Shown here one piece after another: positions 22,157-34,100 of a DNA stretch of 64,000 nucleotides. The notes under the pieces are model-generated. The model worked only from the letters and a program-made list of their open reading frames with translations, was not told the origin of the DNA and ran no database searches. Position 1 is the stretch's first letter. Each line of letters begins with the position of its first letter. Source of the DNA: Monocercomonoides exilis PA203 (taxonomy: Eukaryota > Protista > Preaxostyla); assembly GCA_001643675.2 (NCBI GenBank), contig LSRY02000002.1:248001-312000 (forward strand), in the 5' to 3' direction. Position numbers and translations under genes: made by a program.

Positions 22157-25100
22157 ATGCTTAGTATTTCTGTCATAGCCTTTTTTATTTCGATTTTGCT
22201 TAAAAATGAATTGTGCATCGATCGAAAATCGAATCCAGATTCTTTGAATCAAAAGCAATTCATTGAAAAATCAACAAATTTTGCTCCTTTATGCAAAATA
22301 TTTCAAAAGCAATGTACGTTTATCAATGAGAATAATTTTTACACACCGAGTACTAACTTTCATTTTCACAAACAGAATATGTCGGAAATAACAATGATAT
22401 TGTCCTCTTTCACTTTGGAAAATTCATCTGTGCATTGTTCACTGTCATCATTTCGCCATGTGCAAAATGGATGTGTTGCCAACCTTCGCTTATTTTCGAA
22501 AATTCATTTTCATTGTTGCATTGTCGGCTGTTCATCCAATGCTGAAAAATGTCCTTTTTTCTCTTCTCTTGGACTGATACATATTTCAAATACCACAATA
22601 CAGCAAAAACATCAAAGACCTACTTTCTTCTCTCTTGTATCAAAGTCAAACGTTGCATTTCAAAGTATTGGTGAATCACAAATCTTTATTGAATATTGTC
22701 AGTTTTCTTCACTCACGACTCGGGCAACAATTCCTTTTGTTGGAGGTCCTGAACTTAAAAGAAGTTTTATCACAAATACAGTATTCTCAAATATTTCAAC
22801 AGATAATAGAGAGTTTTCATTGAATCTTCAATCTTCTTTCCATCATTCCACATTTTTAGAGTCTAACGAATTCATTTGCTGCGCATCTCCATTTGGAGGA
22901 GGTTTATTCAATAGGGACAACAGTGCATATTTTGCTTCAAACAATTCATTCATCACATGTAGAAATTCGTATATCAGTAAGAATTATACATCTTCTCTTC
23001 CAACGTTTACGACTGGTGAGATTCAATTTCAGAAATGCCTTTTCGAAAATTGCACATCGGTTGGATCAGATGGAATAATTAGTGTAGGGAGCAATGCATC
23101 GCTTTCGGTAATTCAATGCTTATTTAACAGATGCAACAGTACTACAAGTATTCAAGATTTTTTCAGAGGAGGAGCAATATTTAGTAAATCTCAAGCGAGC
23201 ACCACCATTCATGAATCTAATTTTACACACTGTAGTGTTTGCTTCAGTTTTTCAACAGGAGCAATGACTTATGGTGGTGCTGTGGCAATTTTGTCTGGAA
23301 CTGCAAATATTCAAAAATGCATCTTTGATGATTGCAATTCGGATAAAGCTGGCGGAGCTTTGGACATTGAAGAAATTGTAGAGTCTGAATTTCTTGAGTG
23401 TTCTCTAATGAATTGTAGATCCTCTGCATACTCTGGTGCTCTGCATACATATTGTTTAAGAAATTACAAAATTTCAAACTGTTTCTTTGAAAGATGTTCT
23501 TCAAATTCTTCAGATGGGGCTGTGCATTTGCATAGCATATACAATGGTACAGCTATAATTTCTTTTTCATTTTTTGAATCAAACTTTGCTTTATCTGAAG
23601 AAGGGCATGACATTGGTTATTTTGATACTTTTGCATCAAACTGCAATGAGTCATGGATTCAGAATTCATATTCATTATCACCAATAAACAACCGAGTGTG
23701 GCTGAATGGATTTGGTCCAAGACCATGGCTCCCTACCCCCACGACTCCTATTATTTATACGGATATTTTTCGAGAAACTACAAAGTCAAGTGGAAATTAT
23801 TACAAATGTGGGAACGAAAGTGACAAGTGCCAAACTCTTGGGTATGCTGTAACACGTTGGATAAACGAATATCATACGAGCTTGAGGGCTTGCTCAACTC
23901 CTTCAATCGAGCACTTTGTGAATGTTGGAGAAAGAAACATATTTATAGAGCCATTACAAACATTGGACCCTGCGACAATTCAACCGAAAACAAATGAGAG
24001 TGAACTATTTTTGATATCAGATGGCAGTCTAAAAATTGAAAAATTCACTTTGTTGCATGATTCACTTTTTTCGACGTCTTCAGCGTTGTTCAAAGTCAGA
24101 GAATCAAAAGGGGCTTTACATGTAAAGCAATGCATTATTCAGGGAGATTCTCAAAATGGAAAGCATGATTATTCGTTCTTTTGTTTGATAAAAGGAACAA
24201 CAATAATTGAAGAAAGTCAAATAAATTCCGTATCACTTCAGAATGCACCTTTAATAGACGTTAATCAACTGGCTTCTTTAGAATTCAGAGGAGGAACTGT
24301 TTCGTTTGTAAATCGTTTACAGGGAAATGGGGCAATTATTGGAAAAGAAGTCATCTCTGAAGAAAATATTTTGATTGCAAATGTAACAATGGCAAATTGT
24401 TCATGCACTTCAGGAAATGGAGGAGCAATTGCTGTTAGCATTTCAGAAAGTGGGATATTTAAGTTTGGAAAAAATGATTTCACAACAACCTTACAGGCAT
24501 GTCAAGCTGTACGAGGTGGAGGCATTTATCTGGATTTATCAAATGCCAACTGTTCTTTTGCAATTGAAAATCCCACATTTTTGGATAATATTGCAACTGA
24601 TGGAATAGATATTTTTGTTTTCTCTCCCTCACTCAAAACAAGCATCACACAATCACGATTTTCATATTTTTCTATTAACAGTCCATTTTCTGAGGAGTCA
24701 GCAAAGGGAGCAGAAAAAAGTGCAGTATCCGAAGTAATTCCGCTTGTGTATTATTTAAAGGATCGAGAAAGCTTTGTTTCTCTTGCAAACAACGGAAGCG
24801 ACACAACTGCATGTGGATTTGAACTCTACCCATGCAAAACAGTGGGATATGCGCTCTCGCAACAAACAGGAGCCAGAAGCATTTTAATTTCAGACAATTA
24901 TAATTTTGAGGAGTGTGTGGCCATTTCGATAACTTCTGGATGCCTTCTAAGCGGATCTTCATCAAATTCGCATGCAACGATTGTGGGTGGGACAACCAGT
25001 TATTCAGAAGTTGTGAGCATTGGAAAGGGTGTTACAATTCAAAAGATTATTTTTCAACTTCCAAATTCTTTGAAGTCAGGACAACCAACAGTTTTTTCTG

Positions 25101-28100
25101 TTGCAGATGCCCTTGGAGGAAATTTCACAGTTAAACAATCCACAATACAAAGTTCAGAAGCAGAATCCGCAGTAAGTTATTCGTTCGTGTCTGTGTCTGC
25201 TGGAACGCTTCATTTGTCTGATGTTATTGCAGCTTCAATGACTTTCAACGATAAGCCATTTGTCAATTGCACTGGAAGCAATTCGAAAGCAAACATTTCA
25301 TCTTTTAATGCAACAACAATTACTTACAGTGGAAATGATGGATTTATTCGCATATCGGAAGCGTTTCAGATGACATTGTCTCAATCTTCATTCGAGAAAT
25401 TTGTGAGCAGCAAAAGTTCAGTGATTGATATTAGAAGTGCAAAAGATTCTAAACTGGAAGGTTCAAACTTTACTGATATATCGCTGCAGTCAGGAGAAGG
25501 AGGCATTATGAGAGCAAATATGTTAGCCGATCAAAGTTTGAAAATTGAGGGAGGACAGTTTGGATCAGCAGGCGTTCACGGAAATGGAGGAGGAATGATG
25601 ATTTCGATGGAGACAAATAGTATACTTCGTGTCGGAGTAAACAATCTTGTGAATTATCATTCATGCCAAGCATTGCTGAATTTAGGACAAGGCGGTCTCG
25701 GAGGCGGAATATTTCTGGATCTTCGAGGTGCTGCTGATAACTTTGTAGTGACTCATGTGGAGTTTGACTCGTGCTTAGCAGATACAAGTGGAAATAATCT
25801 CTTTATAACTGCATCAAATTTCACAAAAGTTATAAATTCAACAACTCTTAATTTTAGCTTCAATGATTTTGATGAGAAAGCGTTATCTGGATACGAAAAT
25901 AACGACAATAGCTACTCAATCCCTTTAGTACTTTATCTGCAAAGTCCGCCATCTCCTGTATACGTTGGAGGGGATAACAAGCACAACTTCGAGCGATGCG
26001 GGTATAATGGGCATTCTTGCATTACAATTGAATATGCTCTTAATGCGTGGCAAACAATTCAACCATTAGAAGTGATTATATCTGGAATAACACAATTGCG
26101 AAGTGAACTGGCATTTGCAGATGATAAACATTTTGTGTTTGAAGGGGCAGCCGATGGAGGTGAGTTGGAAATCTTAGGAAATACAAGAAAGACTCAAGAT
26201 GGATTGATTAATAATACTGCAAATATCTCATTTAAAATTCTAAAATTTTCTCTTCCATTGAAAATGAACGATCGCACTTGTGTTTTTTTGTCTCAAAACG
26301 GACAGCTAAGCATCGAATCATGTGAATTTGTCGCAACTTCTGATTCAAGATGCATAGAATACTCATTGGTTATGTGCTCAGCCGGTATTTGCAACCTTTT
26401 TAATCTGAAAGTGAACGATGGCACGTTCAATGCAAACTCTGCTTTCATGTTAAACGGAAGTTGCAGATCAACAATTGATCAATGCTTAATGAATCTTGTA
26501 AAATCAGCATTGTCCAACACACTTATTATGTATTCTTCTCAGGATTCTTTATCAATAAGCAATTCAAATTTTACTTTTTGCACATTCGAAGATGGAGCTG
26601 CGATCAGAGATGAGAATGGAAAATCGCTCACACTGAAAAATACTCTCTTTCAGAATCTGACCAGAAAGGTAGGAAACGGTTCTGCATTATACGCAAATTT
26701 GTGGAGCGGTTCCAGTGTTGTTGTGAGCGATGTGAAGACTGAAGGATGCATAACTCAAAAGGGCTGTGGAGGAGGGATTTTAGCGATTCTTCAAGGCACA
26801 GCGCATTTTCATATTGGTAAGGGACAAAACGAAACTGGATTTTTGAGATGTGGAGCATCTGGTGCGGACTCTATTGGGGGATATGGAGGTGGATTGTTAA
26901 TGAAGTTAGAAGATGAAGTGGCAAAGGATATCGCATTTTCTCAAATAGTTTTTGGAAAAGATGAAGAAAAAAACTTTGCTTCTGTTGGAGGAAACGATAT
27001 GTTTATAGAAGCCATGAGCTTTTCTGGGATTGTGAAACGAGAAACATTGAATTTTTCATTTGCAATTGATGTTGATGAAAATCCTAATCTGCAGGATATG
27101 ATGGGCTACCAAAATGAAGATGCCAACAACATGATTCCTCTGGTATTGTTTTTGCGGACTTTCTCTTCAAGCTGCTTTGTTGACTCAGATGGAAGAGATT
27201 ATTATTTATGCGGCTTTCACGATTATCCATGCATGTCAATTTCATATGGAGGCTCAAACCGCTTTAACGCAGAAAAGGCAGCTATATGTCTGCTTCCATC
27301 TTTTGTGTTTATGAACCAAACTAGCTTATCAACTCAGGATATGCTTATTGATGTGGAGGAAGCCGATACTCAAATTAAAGTCGCTTCAAATGGTTCGGGT
27401 GCTGGAGACTTCATGATAAGTACCAGCCGTGAAATATCCTTCAGAAAAATTGCTTTTGTGCTACCAACTTCATTTTCTTTGGGCAGGCGAGCACTTTTTG
27501 GATGCAGCGGCTCTGTTTTGGTACTTAACAAGTGCTCAGCTTCTGTTGAAACAGAAAATGTGAATTATTCGCTCGTAATAATTACAGGAGGTTCATTGAA
27601 AATTACACAATTATGTTTGTCTCATATATACTTCGCTCAAACATCAGCATTCGAAGTTAAAGGAAGCACAACAAGCGGAGTGTTCGATGAAATGTCATTT
27701 GAAAATGTGAGGAGTAATTCTCAACTTGGACTAATTACAGTTGGTGAAGGGGCCTATGAACAGTTAATCAATTCAAATATCACTTCTGCAACTTTTGACA
27801 ATCAAAGTTTGCTGAACACAGATGGATTAGCATCAATAATGATGAGCAACAACACATTTGCGAAATTGGTGAGAGAAGTTGGGTGCGGTGCCGTGATAAG
27901 CGGAACAGTTGGTAACAAAATGAGAATGGATACAACAAATTGTACATTTAGCGAAATAACAGGACAAGAAACTTTTGGAAAAGGAGGAAGTTTGTTTGTA
28001 ACCGTTGTGAAAGGTGGCACATTTTTATTTGACACAAATATTGTTCGGGAAAGCTGTGTTGATTCCCAAGATGGATTTGGAGGCGGCTTGCACTTAACGT

Positions 28101-31100
28101 TTACTGATGCATCTGTCAGTTATTCGATGAAGAATGATAATTTTGAGAGTAATGATGCACACTTGGGAAAAGATGTGTATCTTGTTTGCCCTTCACCACG
28201 AAGTGTTCTGAACGGAGCTCTGTGGACAGGATCACTAAGCGAATATGAGGATAAAGAAAAGTACTGGGTGTTTGATGGTACATCCACTCCTTCAGTAGAT
28301 GCTTCCATATTAATCTTTTTGTTTCCTGCTGGACCAGAAATAGTGTTTGTTGATGGAAGCAAATCAAATGGAGTTGGCTGTGGAATTGAGGCAGTGCCAT
28401 GTAGAGATGTAAACTATGGCTTCAACATTATGAGCAACGGACAAACCACAATAAAAATCGTTGGTGATACTTCATTAAATACTTTAGTTAAGCGAAATTT
28501 GTCTCTAACAATTCAGGGAAGTGGAGCTGTTTACAAGTCTGTTGTTGTCGAATCAAATGGAAGCTTTTGCATAGACGATTCGTCTCTTTATCTTGCTATC
28601 AGCCATCTTTCCTTTGTTTTTTCTTCAGATCAGACTCAATCAAATGGACCAGAATTATTTTATGTTAGGTCTGGATTGTGTACAGTAACAAACTGTGAAT
28701 TCTCTGCAATGCAACATGACAGCAACATTGTTACACGGTGGATAGTGAATGCTATTGGAGGAACAACATCTTTAACAAACATAATTATTTCTCATTTATC
28801 TTTCTCAACAGAGAGCGGAATAGGAAATATACAAAAATGTACATTTTCATTTGAGAACATTACCATAACCGAAGTTATATCTGAAGATGTTGGATTAATT
28901 ATTGCGAAAGACACAAATGTTCTTTTTAAAGGAATGAAACTTTCAAAATGCAGTCTTTCAAATGGATCGGCGATACGTTTGCAAAATGAAACTGTCGCAA
29001 ATATACAAAATGGCAGTTCCTTTGAAGAATGTTTCTCGGATTTACGAGACGGAGGCGCAATTTCTTGTGAACTTTGCGTTGAAGAAGGCAGTTTGAGCAT
29101 TTCTGATTGCACAATCACAAAATGCGAAGCTAACGAAAGGAGTCGGAAAGGAGGAGGAATTTATCTAAAGACTGGAGCATTAGCTACAAACAATTTCATA
29201 TTAAGCCGAATTTTATTCAGCGACAACAAAGCATTATCCGGAAAGGATTTATTTGTTGTCTGCAATAATTTGAATGAAACAATAGTCCCAACACGTTTTG
29301 ACTTGTTGCTTCTGAATGAAAATGGCTCAACAGCTGTTGATGTGAAAGGAACAGATGAAAATCACTTTAATCAAACAGATCAAGACTTACTTTTCTTTCT
29401 TGTACAACATAAATCAAATGTTATTTATTTGTCTTTCAATGGATATGATGCTTTAGGTTGCGGAACTTCGGAGCATCCTTGCAACTCAGTTTGGAGGGGA
29501 TTTAACAACTTGGATGAAAATAGCACAAACAAGCTGTTTTTGATTGATACTTTAACATTTATACAGAATCCATACAACTTTACATCCATCTCAATTACAT
29601 CCTCTCTAAACGAAGAGCGATCAACACTTGTATTCCGAAACTTTGAACAAGGAACAAGCGCTGAGTATGTTGCTCGATGTGGCATTCTCCTTAATTTTGA
29701 AAGCCTTCAACTATCAATTTACAATTCAATTTCTCCAAATACTAAAACCTTAATTACATCCATTGGAAAATTAACGCTGAGTAACTGCTCATTTGCTCCG
29801 CATTCTTCAAGTGTGATAGATTTTAGTCTCATCACCGCAAGCAGTGGACAAATGGAGATTAAGAACTGTGAAATTTTTGGTATGACATTTCTCACAGAAC
29901 CATTTGTTTTGTCGGTCGCAGCAAACATTTCAGGCAGTGAGTTTTCATGCATATCCACACCTGCAGGAACAAAAGGAGGGGTTATCTGTGGGACAATGAG
30001 AGAGAATGAAATTATAAAATTTTCAAACTGCGTTATTAAAAATTGTTCTTGTAGTTTGACAAATGGAAAGGGAGGATTTTGTAACTTGGATTGCAACAAA
30101 TCAACAGAGGAATTTCCATTTGAGTTTGGAGAACTTGTTTTTGAATCAAATGAAGCAGCTCTTGGCAAAAATGCTTTTATTACAGTTCCTAATTTGAATC
30201 GCTCTGTCACCAAACACTCGTTCAACTTTAATTTCGATTCAATGATTTCAGATCCAAATTTGTTTGTTGGATGTGACTCAACATTTAATAATACAGATCT
30301 GTTTCGCTTTTTGGTGGGATACAAAAACTGGGCAATTCATCTATCTTCAATGGGATATGATGTTATGAGATGTGGAAATGAGGATGATCCATGCTGCACA
30401 TTTTGGAAGGGAATGCAACAGATAAACACTGATGCACCGTTGAAAGTTATCTCAATAGATAAGCAGACAATTCTACAGAATTCATTCGACTTTTCGAATT
30501 TCACGATCCAATCTGCCCATTCTGAATTGATAGATGAGCCGTGCATTATATCAATTTCAAATAACTTACAAGCTGCTGATTCGTTGATGATGAATAGGGA
30601 ATCACTTTTATTTATGTTTGTTAAGTTTTCTATCAGTGAGACATTTTCCGGAGGAGATAATGCAATAGTTTTGAGTAAAAGGGGAGTTCTATCATTTTCT
30701 GATTGCTGGATTGAAATGAAATCTGCATTGCAATCGCCTGCAATACATACGTTTGCTCGCGCAGAAGATGGCGAACTTACAGCTTGTCGGCTCAGATGCT
30801 CATCACTAACTGGAATTGGAAACATTTTTTCTGTTTCGTCATCTGTTATGTTCACTGTACAAACAAATATTTTTGAGAGATTAAGTTTAAATGATGGATG
30901 TGTAGTTGCTGTGCATCAGGCAACGACTAGGATCTTCGCAAATAGTGGTTCACCATTATTGACTCTCATAAACTCTTCTTTTATCAATATTTCGCGCATT
31001 TTTGCAGGTGCATCTGTGATATCAGTCGACCAAATCACTAACAAGCTTTCGTTGCGCATTAACAGTAGCACATTTCGCGACTGTAAGTCGACAAACAGCA

Positions 31101-34100
31101 TAGCAGGAGGGGCAGTTGCATTTGAGCTGATGCCAGACAGTTCGTTTGATCTGAGCAATTCTGAAGTGGAGCAGTGCGTGTGCTCAACAAGTGCTGGGCG
31201 TGGTGGAGGTATTTACATAAAATCTTCGATTCGAAGTTCTCTCAGTTTTCTGTTTTATCATGATACGTTTGATTCGAATATAGCTGATGTTGGGAGAGAT
31301 ATCTTTATACGCTGCTTTGATATAAAATCACAGATAAATGAAACTCAATTTCAATTTGATCTCAGAGAATCTAAATACAACAGGCTGAATGCAATTTTTG
31401 GGATTGACGAACACGAATACTCTTCACAGCCTGTGAATCTCATTGAATTTGTGGTAACTTATCAGGCAGACATCATTTTTGTAACTACAAATTCGTCAAG
31501 AGGCGGTGAAGACACAAAGAAGTGTGGTACGCAACAGCTGCCATGCTTATCATTGGCATATGCAGCAAGCCATCTTACATTTGATTTCAAAAGTCAATTG
31601 GTTGTAATGGATGAGGGAAAGATAGATTCAGAATTGGACCTTAGCAATTTAATGCTGACATCACGATCATTTGAGCAAGTTCCTCTTGAAGTTGCATTAT
31701 CACTACAGACAACAAGAGAAAATTTGATTGAATGCACAAGTTCTGTCACACTGTCTCTTCTTTCATTATTATTTTTACCTTCGTTCAACTTAAATAGCAC
31801 AGCTTTACTTCACATTGAGGAAGGAACCCTTTCTACTGCAAATTGTTCATTTTCAGGCCCAGAACAATTTCAATCAGCGAATTCCCTGTTGTCAACTCTT
31901 TTTAAAGCAACAAATGGAAACATACTATTTGAGAATGTGAAAATTGCTTCTCTGAGCTTTTCTTCTAATGTTATTTCATCGCAAATGTTTTCATCTATAA
32001 AATGTAATGTTCTAACAATGAGATATCTGATGCTTGAAAGCTCTGCAGTTGAAATGGATGATACAAGCTCCACTGTTGCAATGGAAAAGATTAATATGAA
32101 AGATATTTGCATTGCAAGTGGAAGTGCTATTGTTATACAACACAGACAAGGATCAAACATTGAGTCGAATTTTAAACCTCAATATTCCATTCAGTTATCA
32201 TCTATTGAAAACGTCACAACTCTGTCAAATGAAGCATCTTCATTTGCTCCAACGTTTTTGTCTGTGTCCTTATCATCTGCATCTTCTGAATTTACCAATT
32301 CTCCGGAGATTTTTCTCTCAAACTGCTCAGTTAGAAAGAGTATTTCTTCTTTTGAAAAGGGAAGCGCTCTATCAGTTAGCTATTGTTTAGGATTGACAGT
32401 GGAATCTTGCCAATTTGATGGATTTGTTGATAACAGCTTAATTAATTCTTTTGAAGTCATGAATGAGAAGAATGAAGAAATGTGCAGATGGAATGGATCT
32501 CTTGTACATTTTGAAGATAGCTGTGTGCGGTTGAGAGATACCACAATCTCTAATTCGAGAAAGGGCGGGCTGTCTCTCATGGGAGGAGCTTTAGAAATTG
32601 AAAAATGTGAGTTTACGGGAAATGATCCAATGATAGAAAATTATTCATCAATAAGGAGGAACATATTGTGCGATGGAGATGGTTCTGTTAACCTTATGAG
32701 CGTGAAAGGTGGTGATGGAGCTTCAAAAGACAGTTGCATGTGGTTACTGGATGATGGATGCAAAGCAAAAGGAATTCTCGAGAGTTATGAAGAGATGGGT
32801 TCGCTTTTGTTTGTGCCAAGAATCACGAGCATTGACATGGAACATCCAGATGAAAACGAGACGGATCTAACATTTCATGGGAGGTTGTTAATCCCTTGTA
32901 ATCTCTCATTTGAGGTGGTGTCCACAATGGGAAGTGAGAAGTCTGTGGAAACTTATTATTTTAGCGAAGATGGATATGTAAATGAGAAAACTGTCAAAGG
33001 AACTGTGCCTTCTGCGTCAATCAAAGAAGCTCCGTCAAATGCAGAGGTTTCAGCTGCAATTATGTTTGGGAAATTAAATAGTCCTTCACAAACGGTGCAC
33101 ATTGTTTTGAGGAACAAAACTGAAAACAAAATTTCTGAAGGAGTTGGAAATAATAATGAAGCTCTGTCATCTACGCCTTCTAGTATGATGATTGTTGTTG
33201 TTGTACTTGCTGTTTTTCTTCTATTTGTGATTGTTGCGGTTGTAATATTGGCAATGCGATGGAGAAAAGCTAAAAATAGAAATGAAGAACTGGAAGAGAT
33301 TGTTGCTGATACAGTAAAGAAGGATCCAAAGGCATTTGAGATGATTACAATGGAGATGTCTCCAGAAGAGCGATGGAGAAGGACAGAGAGGGAAGCAGAG
33401 AAGAAGAATGAAGAGAGGATAAAGAAGAGAGTGTATGCGAAAAGTCTTCAGCATTCAGAGTCGTCAGAGCATCTTCTATCTGAGAGCGGATCGACTGAAT
33501 ATATTTTGGGAAGAGATTCAGATAAGATTCCTGAATGGGCATTGGAAAAAGTTGAAGAAGACAATGATGATGATGATGTTGAGACGAGAAAGAGATCACC
33601 TTCACCATCCATTTCATCCACTTCAACCATTTCAACCACAGATACAGACACAACATTTATTCGAGGGGAGGATCTATGTCCAACAACCTCTTCTATGTCA
33701 AATCTGGTGGATGCAATGGCCTGTTCTTCTCCTCATGAGAAGCTGATTGTAGATCTGAGAGATTCACTGTTTATGATGCTTCACGGGAGAAACGAGAAGA
33801 AGGAGATGGCAATTGGCACTATTGAAGAGAGAGAGCACACAGCTTCTCATATATTATTCTGGGTGGCCAATCTTGCACTTCACTCCTTTGATGAAACAGA
33901 AGAGCCTCTCCAATCGTTGGCTAGTTTGAGTCCTCATCTTATTCTGTTCTCAGAGCATATGCTGATCTGCGTTGCAATGCACACAGACTGCTCCTCTTCA
34001 TCAGATGATTCTGACTCGTCTTCTGTTTCATCCTTCACGATTGTCACATCTTCCTCTGATTGTTCTTCTGTGTATAAAAATTGCAAAGGCTCGCCTCCGC